Of a stretch of 64,000 bases of DNA, positions 19,781-28,966 are shown piece by piece. Position 1 is the stretch's first letter. Every line of letters starts with the position of its first letter. Position numbers and translations under genes: made by a program. The notes below the pieces were generated by a model. It was given only the letters and a program-made list of their open reading frames with translations. It did no database searches and was not told the origin of the DNA. Source of the stretch: Rhodothermales bacterium (GTDB lineage Bacteria; Bacteroidota; Rhodothermia; Rhodothermales; VXPQ01); NCBI GenBank assembly GCA_040904565.1, contig JBBDTI010000067.1, positions 22,567 to 86,566 of the forward strand. Direction: 5' to 3'.

Positions 19781-20796
19781 GGCTACGCGAGCGACTACTG
19801 GACGGACTTGTCATCCCTGCGCACCCGCTCGCGATCAACGCGAACCGGCGCCTCGATGCGCGCCGGCAGCGTGCGTTGTCGCGCTACTATCTGGCGGCGG
19901 GGGCGGGTGGACTCGCCGTCGGCGTGCATACGACGCAGTTCGAGATTCACGATGAGAATATGGGGCTGTATCGTCCCGCCCTGGAACTGGCTGCGGACGT
20001 TGCCGGGGAGGTGTCCGCCTCACCGGTGCTGGTGGCTGGTCTCGTAGGCGATACCGAGCAGGCCGTTGCCGAGGCCCGTTTGGCGAAGGACCTTGGATAC
20101 CACTGCGGCCTCCTTAGTCTCAGCGCGTTCGCGGAAGCATCCGAGGACGCCATGATCGCACACGCCGCTGACGTCGCCGACGTATTGCCGGTGTTCGGCT
20201 TCTATCTTCAGCCCGCCGTAGGCGGACGGTCACTCTCTTATAGATTCTGGCGGCGGTTCGCGGAGATCGAGCATGTCGTCGCCATCAAAATCGCTCCGTT
20301 CGACCGCTATCGAACGATCGATGTCGTTCGGGCCGTAGCAGACTCCGGCCGCGGCCGCGAGATCGCCCTTTACACGGGCAATGATGACCAGATCGTACTC
20401 GATCTACTCACCAGGTTTCCGTACGATGATCTGTACGTAGCGGGCGGGCTGCTCGGACACTGGGCGGTGTGGACGCGCCGGGCCGTGGAACTATTCGAGC
20501 GGATCCGGTCCGTTCGCGACCGGGATGAGATTCCAGCCGACCTGCTTACGCGCAGCGTCGAGGTGACCGAGGCGAACGCCGCCCTGTTCGATCCGCCCAA
20601 TGCATTTGCCGGATGTATTCCTGGAATTCACGAAGTGCTCCGGCGCCAGGGACTGCTCGAGGGTGTGTGGACGCTGAACCCCGATGAGGCGCTGTCCCCC
20701 GGACAGCGTGAAGAGATCGACCGGATCTATCACACCTACCCGCACCTGACCGATGACGAATTCGTTCGCGAGCATATAGACGAGTGGCTGAAATGA
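19777..20796 (+). CDS. Dihydrodipicolinate synthase / N-acetylneuraminate lyase-like class I aldolase family protein
   Basis: TIM-barrel DapA-like pattern (LVIPAHPLAI..., GGLAVGVHTTQFE, candidate Schiff-base Lys in VVAIKIAP). Start uncertain: GTG 19777, ATG 19663 or track start 19624. Confidence 0.72.
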   Translation: MRLRERLLDGLVIPAHPLAINANRRLDARRQRALSRYYLAAGAGGLAVGVHTTQFEIHDENMGLYRPALELAADVAGEVSASPVLVAGLVGDTEQAVAEARLAKDLGYHCGLLSLSAFAEASEDAMIAHAADVADVLPVFGFYLQPAVGGRSLSYRFWRRFAEIEHVVAIKIAPFDRYRTIDVVRAVADSGRGREIALYTGNDDQIVLDLLTRFPYDDLYVAGGLLGHWAVWTRRAVELFERIRSVRDRDEIPADLLTRSVEVTEANAALFDPPNAFAGCIPGIHEVLRRQGLLEGVWTLNPDEALSPGQREEIDRIYHTYPHLTDDEFVREHIDEWLK

Positions 20797-22037
20797 CATC
20801 AAAACCATCGGAACGGCAGTCGACAGGAAGCCGCCTCCGCACGTGGCTGCAGCGGGTTGGCCCTGCGCTCGTCCTGGCCACGGTCGTTATCGGGCCGGGC
20901 ACCCTGACGCTCAATACCATCGCCGGTACGACGTATGGATATGCCTTGCTCTGGGTCCCGCTGGTGGCGACCGTGTTCATGATCGTCTACACGTGGTTGT
21001 CTGCCCGGATCAGCCTGGCGACCGGGGAAACGCTCTTCGAACTTGCCCGCGCCCGCTACGGTCGGTCGGTAGCGGTCGTCGGCGGTATCTTCGCGTATCT
21101 GGCCGTGCTCGCCTTTCAGGCCGGCAACAATGCGGCCGTCGGATTTGCCGCGGAAGCCCTGTTCGGACTGACCCCCCGGAGCTGGGCGGTGCTGTTTTTT
21201 GTGCCCGCGCTCGGCCTCATCTTCCTCCCGAATCTCTACGGCAAGATCGAGCTGCTCGTGAAGGTCGTGGTCGGACTCATGCTGCTGTCATTCGTGGGCA
21301 CGCTCGTGATGGTGGGCATTCAGCCGGATGCGGCGGTTCGCGGCATCGTGCCCTCGTTCCCGGACACGGAAGCCATCTTCCTGACGCTGGGTATGGCGGC
21401 GACGACGTTTTCCATCGTGGCCGCCGTGTATCAGGGCTACCTGATGAAGGAGAAGAAATGGGGGCCGGACGAGCTGGCCGGTGAAGGGGTGGACACGCTG
21501 ATCGGCATCGGCATCCTCGGCGGCATTTCCACGGTCATTTTGCTGACGAGCGCGGGAGCGATCTATGCGGCGGGCGGCGATCCCATCTTCTCGGCGCAGG
21601 GCATGGCGGCCCAGCTCGAGCCCCTCGTGGGATCGTCGGCGTTCTACCTGTTCACTATCGGCTTCTTTTTCGCCAGCTTTTCCTCGCTGGTCGTAAATCC
21701 GCTCATCGGCGCGACGCTGCTGGCCGACGGGTTGGATCGGGACGCGTCGATGGACGGGAAACCCGTCAAGCTGTGGACGTCGATTGCCATGGCGGCCGGA
21801 CTCCTTGTCGTGCTCGTGTTCGAGGCGCCGCCCGTTGAGCTCATTCGCTTCGCGCAGGGTCTTGCCGTCGTCGCGTTCCCGCTGCTCGGCTTCCTGGTCC
21901 TCACTATCGCGCGGGACCGCGACGTCATGGGCGAATATGCGAGCCGGACCTGGATACACGTCGTGGCCGTCATCGGCTATATCACGATCGTCGGTATCGT
22001 CCTCAATTACCTCCGGCAGATCGCGGCCGTATTCTAG
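20793..22037 (+). CDS. Nramp-family (MntH-like) membrane transporter
   Basis: About 11 predicted TM segments. N-terminal GPALVLATVVIGPGTLT motif typical of Nramp. Its ATG overlaps the upstream stop (ATGA at 20793-20796). Confidence 0.82.
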   Translation: MTSKPSERQSTGSRLRTWLQRVGPALVLATVVIGPGTLTLNTIAGTTYGYALLWVPLVATVFMIVYTWLSARISLATGETLFELARARYGRSVAVVGGIFAYLAVLAFQAGNNAAVGFAAEALFGLTPRSWAVLFFVPALGLIFLPNLYGKIELLVKVVVGLMLLSFVGTLVMVGIQPDAAVRGIVPSFPDTEAIFLTLGMAATTFSIVAAVYQGYLMKEKKWGPDELAGEGVDTLIGIGILGGISTVILLTSAGAIYAAGGDPIFSAQGMAAQLEPLVGSSAFYLFTIGFFFASFSSLVVNPLIGATLLADGLDRDASMDGKPVKLWTSIAMAAGLLVVLVFEAPPVELIRFAQGLAVVAFPLLGFLVLTIARDRDVMGEYASRTWIHVVAVIGYITIVGIVLNYLRQIAAVF

Positions 22038-22039
22038 CC

Positions 22040-23143
22040 ATGCTTCGTATTCCTCTCCTTTCATCGCGTCCAGTAGGCATCCCGGCCATGCCCGCTCGAT
22101 ACGCCCTGCGCACGCCCCTCCGCTTATTGGCAGGGTTCGTCGCCGCATTCCTCGTGCTGGTCCTGGGAGCCGGCGTCGCTCGCGGAAGTGCCGTCGTTTT
22201 CGGTAACGACCCCGCGGACACGGTGCGCGTGGGGATGATCGGGCTGGATACGTCACACAGCACGGCCTTCACGCGTTTGATCAACGCGCCCGATGCTGAA
22301 GGCCTGTTCCAGCGTTACGAGGTGGTCGCGGCGTATCCGTTCGGCAGCCGGACGATACGGTCGAGTTACGAACGGATCCCGGGTTACACGGAGGAGGTGC
22401 GGGAGATGGGGGTCGAGATCGTCGATTCCATCCCGGAGCTCCTGGCGATGGTGGATGTCGTGCTGCTGGAAACGAATGACGGAAAGCCCCATCGCGAACA
22501 GGCGATGCAGGTCATCGAGGCGGGCAAGCCGCTGTTCATCGACAAACCCGTTGCGGCGGACCTCGCCGACGTGCTCGCCATCTACGATGCGGCCGAGGAG
22601 ACCGGCGTGCCTCTCTTTTCCTCTTCGTCCCTTCGGTACATGGAGCACGCGCAGGACGTGCGCAGTGGGAGCATCGGTTCCGTTCGAGGCGCCTTTACGT
22701 ACAGTCCAGCCGCACTCGAACCCTCACACGTGGACCTCTACTGGTACGGCATTCATGGGGTGGAGGCCTTGTTTACGGTGATGGGGAGCGGATGCGCGCG
22801 CGTCGTACGGACGTTCAGCGACGGGGCGGAGGTCACGACGTGCCGGTGGGCGGACGGCCGCATCGGGACGTTCTACGGGATTCGCGAGGGGCGGAGTGAC
22901 TACGGCGGCACGGCCTTCGGCGATAGCGCGGTCGTCGCGCTCGGGCCCTACGGAGGGTATGAACCCCTGGTCGAAGCTATACTGGCGTTCTTCGAGACGG
23001 GTACGCCGCCCGTCCCGGCACGCGAAACCATCGAGATCTACGCCTTTATGTCCGCCGCCGACGAAAGCAGGCGGCGGGGTGGAGCTCCGGTGTCTCTGGA
23101 GGAGGTCATTCGGGCGGCCCGAGCCGAGGCATCTCCCGAGTGA
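22040..23143 (+). CDS. Exported Gfo/Idh/MocA-family NAD(P)-binding oxidoreductase
   Basis: N-terminal hydrophobic signal or anchor (LLAGFVAAFLVLVLGAGVARG), then VRVGMIGLDTSHSTAF Rossmann start and ..ETNDGKPHREQA... Starts 2 nt after the transporter stop. Confidence 0.83.
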   Translation: MLRIPLLSSRPVGIPAMPARYALRTPLRLLAGFVAAFLVLVLGAGVARGSAVVFGNDPADTVRVGMIGLDTSHSTAFTRLINAPDAEGLFQRYEVVAAYPFGSRTIRSSYERIPGYTEEVREMGVEIVDSIPELLAMVDVVLLETNDGKPHREQAMQVIEAGKPLFIDKPVAADLADVLAIYDAAEETGVPLFSSSSLRYMEHAQDVRSGSIGSVRGAFTYSPAALEPSHVDLYWYGIHGVEALFTVMGSGCARVVRTFSDGAEVTTCRWADGRIGTFYGIREGRSDYGGTAFGDSAVVALGPYGGYEPLVEAILAFFETGTPPVPARETIEIYAFMSAADESRRRGGAPVSLEEVIRAARAEASPE

Positions 23144-23251
23144 TACATCCGGCGCCGCGCGCGTGACGTCCGCGGCACAGGTAGCCCCGTCCTATACTGT
23201 AAATGGTCGTACCTTCCACATCGCCTGCCATGCAACCTGTTACCTGAATCC

Positions 23252-24757
23252 ATGTCGATCCGGTATCTCATCTCGGCACTGCTTCTCTTCTTGATGGTCA
23301 CCCGCGTCGGTCCGGCCGACGCATCGCGCCCGGACACCGTTCGAAACATCGTCATCTTCATCGCCGACGACCACGGCCGGGATACGGGGGCCTACGGCAA
23401 TCCCGTCATCCGGACGCCCAACCTCGATGCGCTGGCGGAAGAGGGAACGCTCTTCACGCACGCGTTTGCCACGACGGCGAGCTGCAGTGCGAGCCGCTCC
23501 GTGATTCTGTCCGGTCTCCACAATCATCGGAACGGACAGTACGGCCACACGCACGATTTCCACCACTTTCAGACCTTCGAGCACGTTAAGTCGCTGCCCG
23601 TCCTACTGGCTGAAGCGGGATACCGGACGGCCTCAGCCGGGAAGTACCACGTCGCGCCGGAATCGGTCTTTCATTTTGAGGAGTATATCGACGGCGATTC
23701 GCGCGACGTCGTGACGATGGTCGATAACGCACGTCCGTTCCTGGAACGAGATGCGGAAGAACCCTTCTTTTTCTACCTCGGCACGAGCGATCCCCATCGC
23801 GGCGGCGGGTTGATGGCGGGGGACACGGAAGCGACCTATGGTGACGATGAGGCGTTCGCCCCGAACCGGTTCGGCAACCGGCCGGGCGGCTATCCCGGCA
23901 TCGAGGAGGTGCAGTACGACCCCGACGACGTCATCGTACCGCCCTTTCTTCCCGATACGCCCGTTACGCGTGCCGAGCTGGCCCAGTACTACCAGTCCGT
24001 TTCCCGCATCGACCAGGGGTTCGGATATCTGGTGGATGTCCTAAAGGACGCGGGTGTCTACGAAAACACGCTCATCATCTACATGTCGGACCACGGAATC
24101 GCCATGCCGGGCGCCAAGACGACGGTCTACGAACCCGGACTGCGATCCCCGCTGATCGTGCGTCACCCCGACCAGTCCGATCGCGGCGTCGTCACCGATG
24201 CGATGGTCAGCTGGGTGGATATCACGCCGACCCTGCTCGATTATGCCGGCGTCGAGGAGCCGACGTACGACCAGCACGTCGGTCTTGAGGACGTACGCCG
24301 GCACCTGCCCGACCGGCATGGGCTCCACGGCCGTTCTTTCCTCTCCGTGCTTGAGGGCGAGGAGGCCGAAGGCCGTGACGCGATCTACGCGTCGCACACC
24401 TTCCACGAGATCCAGATGTACTATCCGATGCGCGTCGTGCGGGACCGGGACTACAAGCTGATATGGAACGTCGCCCACGACCTTCCATACCCCTTCGCCG
24501 CCGACCTCTGGGATGCCTCCACCTGGCAGCACGCCTATCAGCAAGGGCTCGATACCCCGTTCGGCGGACGTACCGTGCGCGAGTACATGCACCGTCCCGC
24601 CTTCGAGCTCTTTGACGTGCGGGTCGATCCGTTGGAGTCCGAAAATCTCGCTTATCGGCCGGGCTATGCCGACGTGCTGGCAGCATATCAGGCTATGTTG
24701 TGGCAGTTCGAAGTGAGAACGTCCGATCCCTGGCTACTCAAGTGGGAGTACGAGTAA
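23252..24757 (+). CDS. Sulfatase (S1 family, N-sulfoglucosamine sulfohydrolase-like)
   Basis: Signal peptide. IADDHG...NLDALA..G..F, Cys-type active-site motif SCSASRS...SG, later SDHG. Confidence 0.9.
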   Translation: MSIRYLISALLLFLMVTRVGPADASRPDTVRNIVIFIADDHGRDTGAYGNPVIRTPNLDALAEEGTLFTHAFATTASCSASRSVILSGLHNHRNGQYGHTHDFHHFQTFEHVKSLPVLLAEAGYRTASAGKYHVAPESVFHFEEYIDGDSRDVVTMVDNARPFLERDAEEPFFFYLGTSDPHRGGGLMAGDTEATYGDDEAFAPNRFGNRPGGYPGIEEVQYDPDDVIVPPFLPDTPVTRAELAQYYQSVSRIDQGFGYLVDVLKDAGVYENTLIIYMSDHGIAMPGAKTTVYEPGLRSPLIVRHPDQSDRGVVTDAMVSWVDITPTLLDYAGVEEPTYDQHVGLEDVRRHLPDRHGLHGRSFLSVLEGEEAEGRDAIYASHTFHEIQMYYPMRVVRDRDYKLIWNVAHDLPYPFAADLWDASTWQHAYQQGLDTPFGGRTVREYMHRPAFELFDVRVDPLESENLAYRPGYADVLAAYQAMLWQFEVRTSDPWLLKWEYE

Positions 24758-24845
24758 TCACACATTGAAGGTTGACCGGGGTACGCGTACACTATCGGGG
24801 GTCTTGGTGGTACATGTTATCGTGCATTTGACTCATAAGAAAATC

Positions 24846-26249
24846 ATGACACAATCGGCTCGATGGATCGCCCCGGCGGTCGTTCTCCTTCTCCTCCTGG
24901 CCGCATGCGACGCGCCGCAGCCCGCGGGCGAGGATGCGTCCCCTCCCAACATCGTGCTGATCGTCGCGGACGACCTGGGTTACGGTGACCTCGGGGCTTA
25001 CGGCCAGCAGGAGATCATGACGCCGCGCCTCGATCGCATGGCCGAGGAAGGCCTGCGATTCACGCAGTTCTATGCGGGTTCTACGGTCTGCGCGCCTTCG
25101 CGCAGCGTGCTGATGGAAGGACGCCACACGGGCCGCACGTATATCCGCGGCAACAAGGAAGTTCGGCCGTATGGACAGGAGCCCATCCCGGATTCACTGG
25201 TGACGATGGCGGAGGTGCTGCAAGAGGCGGGGTACCGCACCGGACTGGTCGGTAAGTGGGGTCTCGGCGGTCCGGATACGCCGGGCCATCCCAACAATCA
25301 GGGATTCGATCACTTCTTCGGCTATCTCGGGCAGCGCCACGCGCACAATTACTACCCGGAGTTTCTCTTCTATAACGAGGAGCGGGTAGACGTGCCGGGA
25401 AACGTCCTGCCGGAACCGCGCCGCGGTGACGGCGCGGGCGAAGCGATAGAAAAAGTCACCTACAGCCACGATCTCTTCGCGGATTCAGCGCTGGCTTTCA
25501 TCGATCGGAACAGGAACCGGCCGTTCTTCCTGTTTATGGCGCTCACCATTCCCCACGCCAACAACGAGGCGGGAGACCGGGGTATGGAGGTGCCCGACTA
25601 CGGTCCGTACGCGGACGAGGAGTGGCCCGAGCCGGCGAAAGGGCTCGCGGCGATGATCTCGCGCATGGATGCCGACGTAGGAAGGGTGCTGGATCGCCTC
25701 CAGGAGCACGGTATCGCGGAGAATACGCTCGTGCTGTTCACCAGCGATAACGGTCCGCATGCCGAGGGGGGCAACGACCCCCACTATTTCGATTCGAATG
25801 GGCCCCTGCGCGGGATCAAACGGGATCTCTACGAGGGCGGCATTCGCGTACCGACGATCGCCTGGTGGCCGGGACGCGTCGAAGCAGGGTCGCAGACGGA
25901 TTACGCGGGCTACTTCCCCGACCTGCTGCCGACGTTTGCCGACCTGGCCGGCACGGCTCCACCCTCAGATATCGATGGCCTCAGCATGGTACGGACTCTG
26001 ATGGATCGACCGGCCGATCAGGAGAACCACGAGTATCTCTACTGGGAATTCTACGAAGGCGGGATGGCGCAGGCCGTTCGAATGGGCTCGTGGAAGGGTG
26101 TGAGACTGCCTGACGGCGAGATCGAGCTGTTCGACCTCGAAGAGGATCTGGGTGAAACGAACGACGTGGCCGCGGAGCATCCCGACGTGATAGCGCAAAT
26201 CGGGGCCGTGATGGAAGAGGCGCACCATCCGTCGCCCCTCGACTGGTGA
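24846..26249 (+). CDS. Sulfatase (S1 family, arylsulfatase / GalNAc-6-sulfatase-like) lipoprotein
   Basis: Lipobox LLAAC. VADDLGYGDLG, CAPSRSVLMEGRHTG, SDNGPH. ATG 24846 preferred over track start 24765. Confidence 0.9.
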   Translation: MTQSARWIAPAVVLLLLLAACDAPQPAGEDASPPNIVLIVADDLGYGDLGAYGQQEIMTPRLDRMAEEGLRFTQFYAGSTVCAPSRSVLMEGRHTGRTYIRGNKEVRPYGQEPIPDSLVTMAEVLQEAGYRTGLVGKWGLGGPDTPGHPNNQGFDHFFGYLGQRHAHNYYPEFLFYNEERVDVPGNVLPEPRRGDGAGEAIEKVTYSHDLFADSALAFIDRNRNRPFFLFMALTIPHANNEAGDRGMEVPDYGPYADEEWPEPAKGLAAMISRMDADVGRVLDRLQEHGIAENTLVLFTSDNGPHAEGGNDPHYFDSNGPLRGIKRDLYEGGIRVPTIAWWPGRVEAGSQTDYAGYFPDLLPTFADLAGTAPPSDIDGLSMVRTLMDRPADQENHEYLYWEFYEGGMAQAVRMGSWKGVRLPDGEIELFDLEEDLGETNDVAAEHPDVIAQIGAVMEEAHHPSPLDW

Positions 26250-26381
26250 GGCGTTTGCCGCGGGCGAAGTGTGATAACGTTGACCGCGGAGCAGCCGGCG
26301 CATCGACGTTTTTGGAGTCATTCGCGGACTAACGTGAAGCGGCACCAGCTCTCATTTTGTTCGTACGATAGGCATATTGTT

Positions 26382-26402
26382 GTGCGCGGATCCACCGCGC
26401 AC
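26382..26402. promoter_or_regulatory. Perfect 8-bp inverted repeat GTGCGCGG-atcca-CCGCGCAC about 40 nt upstream of the GH20-like gene
   Basis: Read directly. The CCGCGCAC half-site recurs at 26405-26412. Confidence 0.4.
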
Positions 26403-26440
26403 CAGCCGCGCACGATGCATGATGTTATGCAAGAGTCTCG

Positions 26441-28966
26441 ATGGTGACCGTCGTACGATTACTCCTGGCCGGTATCGTTGTCGCGTCCCTTCCTTTTGGG
26501 AGCGTGTGGACGGGAACGTGGATCCGGTCCGTCGAAGCGGCGGATGCGCAGGTCGTCGATCGCCGCGGCACGTCCGATCGGCTCGCTGACGCGACGCCCG
26601 CGATCGTGCCGCATCCACAGGAGGTCCGATGGGAGCAGGGTACGCTTCATCTGCCCATCCTCCGTAGCATCGTCCTGGGACGTGGCGCGACGGACGGTGA
26701 CCGGTTCGCGGCCGAGCTGATCCGTGACGAGCTGGAGCGACTGGACGTCGACGTGACGGTTGACTATGAGGGACCGGAAACGGCCGATCACGCGTCGATC
26801 TCCATCCGGCGGGCTACCGATCTGCGGGACGATGCCTATCGCCTGAGGATATCGCGCGAGGGGGCGGTTATCGAGGCGGGCAGCGAACGGGGGCGGTTCT
26901 ACGGCGCCATGTCCCTGATCCAGATCGTGCGTGCGGAGGGAGGAAGGGTGCCGTCCATGCGCGTTTTCGACTACCCGGACCTCGCCGTTCGCGGCGTGAT
27001 GGACGACCTCGTCCACCAGATTCCGAAGCTGGAAGAGTTCAAGCGCATCATTCGGTTTCTGGGAGAGCATAAGATGAACGCGTACGTCCTGCCGGTCGAA
27101 GGGCTGTTTCGGTTCGGTGTGGACCCGACGGCGGGCATGGGTACCGTGTCGGTAGAGGAGCTGATCGAGCTCCAGGACTATGCGGCCTCCTATCACGTAG
27201 ACCTTATTCCGGCCCTGCGCACGCTCGGCCATTTCGAACGCCTGCTCCGCTTACCCGAGTTTGACGGCCTTGCCGAGTACCCCGGTGCATCCACATTGAA
27301 CACGCAGGATTCGGCAGCCTACAAGTTCGTCGGGCGGCTTCTGGACGAAATCGTGCCGGTCTTCCGGTCCGACTACGTGCATATCGACGGTCGGCGATCC
27401 GACGACGTGGGTATTGGTGCGAGTGCGGAGGCCGTCGATTCTCTCGGTGTCCACGGCGTACACCTCCAGCATTACAGCCGGGTCGCAGAGCTGGTCCACG
27501 CCCGCGGGAAGAAAGTAATGATCGGCGGAGACGATCTCCTCGATCCGAATTATGGCGGCGTAGCTGACGATCGACACGCCGACAACCTTTCCTTTGCCGA
27601 CGTGGTGGTTACGGATGCGCGGCGACTGTCATCTATCCGGGATCGCAGCAGCTGGACGTCCATGCTTCTTTCCAGCAGCGATGTCCGTCCGCCGGATCGC
27701 GTGTTTCCGGATTTCGCGGCGGCGCGGTCGAGCGTCTCCCGGTCGGCAGAGCAGGCGGCCGACGGGGGTGCAGCCGGACTCCTGGCTGCCGTTCGAACGC
27801 GGGACGATGCGCCGGTCTTGCGCGCGATGCAGCGACGAGAGTACGCCTATGCTGCCGATCGAAGCTGGAACACGGATCCTGAGACGGCGGATATAGACCG
27901 GCGCATCAATCGTGTCTTCTATGGATTTGACGACGCAGCAATGCACCGTCTAGCCGGCGCAATTGGGCGTATGACGGACGAAGTCGTTTATCCGGATGTT
28001 TGGCGCCATCCCCTCCATCATGCGCCATCGATGGCGGCCGTCGTTGAACTCTCCACCGTTCCACCGGCCACGGACTCGCGTCGGGAGGCAGAAATGCTGC
28101 TAACGGAGATAGAACACCTGCAGACCCTGGTTGCGAGGAATGCACAGCAGCTCGACTACTACGCATTCGCCGTGCGCTTTACGGCCTGGCTGCAGGACAC
28201 GCAGGCGCTGGCGTCCTGGATGATGGAAGCTCGTCGGACGGATTCGGAACGTTCGACGCTGGATCGCGGTGCCCGCTGGGCGCGGGCGCTCACCGGTGAA
28301 GGCAGGTCGCTGGCGCAAGCGTATCGCTCGCTCTGGCTACGCTCGAACCGGGACGTTCACCTCGATCGGGCCCTCGACGCGTTCCGGTATCAGGTGGGTT
28401 ATCTGGAACGGATCGCCGAGACGCTGGAAGAAGGATCCTGGGACGTGAGAACGACCCTTCCGAGCCGATTTGTCGGAGCTCCCGACGGTGCTTCTCGGAC
28501 GGTCCTGCGTAAGACGTTCGTACTGGAACGAGGCCAGGTGGAGGTAGCCTACCTGCAGGTCGCCGGGCGAAACGACGTGAACGTGTGGCTGAATGGAAAC
28601 CGCGTCGGACAATCCGTAGGTCCGCAGTGGTCGGGTGTAGACGTCTGGAATGTGGCACCCCGTCTGCGTTCCGGTGAGAACGTCCTCGCGGCGGAAGTAG
28701 TGTATCGGGGTCCTGATGAAGAGATGCCTGCGCTGGCCAACATCTACCTCGAAATTCGCTTCCAGGATGGCAGGCGGCGATACGTAGGAACGGATCGGAC
28801 GTGGAAGGCCGGCGGAGCCGCGGATACGGGTTGGCAGCGGAGCGCGTTCTCCGATGCGAGCTGGCAGCAGGCCGTCACGCCGGCGACGACGCGGATACTC
28901 ACCGTGCCCTTGTTCGATCGGAGCCTACCTTCGAAGTACGAGCGCGTTGGCTCGACCCCACCGTGA
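26441..28966 (+). CDS. GH20-like glycosidase (GH20b-type N-domain plus TIM barrel) with a C-terminal rhamnosidase-N / galactose-binding-like domain
   Basis: Signal peptide. VPHPQEVRW..GTL, RFYGAMSLIQIV and FDYPDLAVRGVMDD are typical of GH20/GH84-type domain 1-2 junctions. C-terminal LRKTFVLERGQVEVAYLQVAGRNDVNVWLNGNRVG resembles bac_rhamnosid_N. Confidence 0.72.
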   Translation: MVTVVRLLLAGIVVASLPFGSVWTGTWIRSVEAADAQVVDRRGTSDRLADATPAIVPHPQEVRWEQGTLHLPILRSIVLGRGATDGDRFAAELIRDELERLDVDVTVDYEGPETADHASISIRRATDLRDDAYRLRISREGAVIEAGSERGRFYGAMSLIQIVRAEGGRVPSMRVFDYPDLAVRGVMDDLVHQIPKLEEFKRIIRFLGEHKMNAYVLPVEGLFRFGVDPTAGMGTVSVEELIELQDYAASYHVDLIPALRTLGHFERLLRLPEFDGLAEYPGASTLNTQDSAAYKFVGRLLDEIVPVFRSDYVHIDGRRSDDVGIGASAEAVDSLGVHGVHLQHYSRVAELVHARGKKVMIGGDDLLDPNYGGVADDRHADNLSFADVVVTDARRLSSIRDRSSWTSMLLSSSDVRPPDRVFPDFAAARSSVSRSAEQAADGGAAGLLAAVRTRDDAPVLRAMQRREYAYAADRSWNTDPETADIDRRINRVFYGFDDAAMHRLAGAIGRMTDEVVYPDVWRHPLHHAPSMAAVVELSTVPPATDSRREAEMLLTEIEHLQTLVARNAQQLDYYAFAVRFTAWLQDTQALASWMMEARRTDSERSTLDRGARWARALTGEGRSLAQAYRSLWLRSNRDVHLDRALDAFRYQVGYLERIAETLEEGSWDVRTTLPSRFVGAPDGASRTVLRKTFVLERGQVEVAYLQVAGRNDVNVWLNGNRVGQSVGPQWSGVDVWNVAPRLRSGENVLAAEVVYRGPDEEMPALANIYLEIRFQDGRRRYVGTDRTWKAGGAADTGWQRSAFSDASWQQAVTPATTRILTVPLFDRSLPSKYERVGSTPP

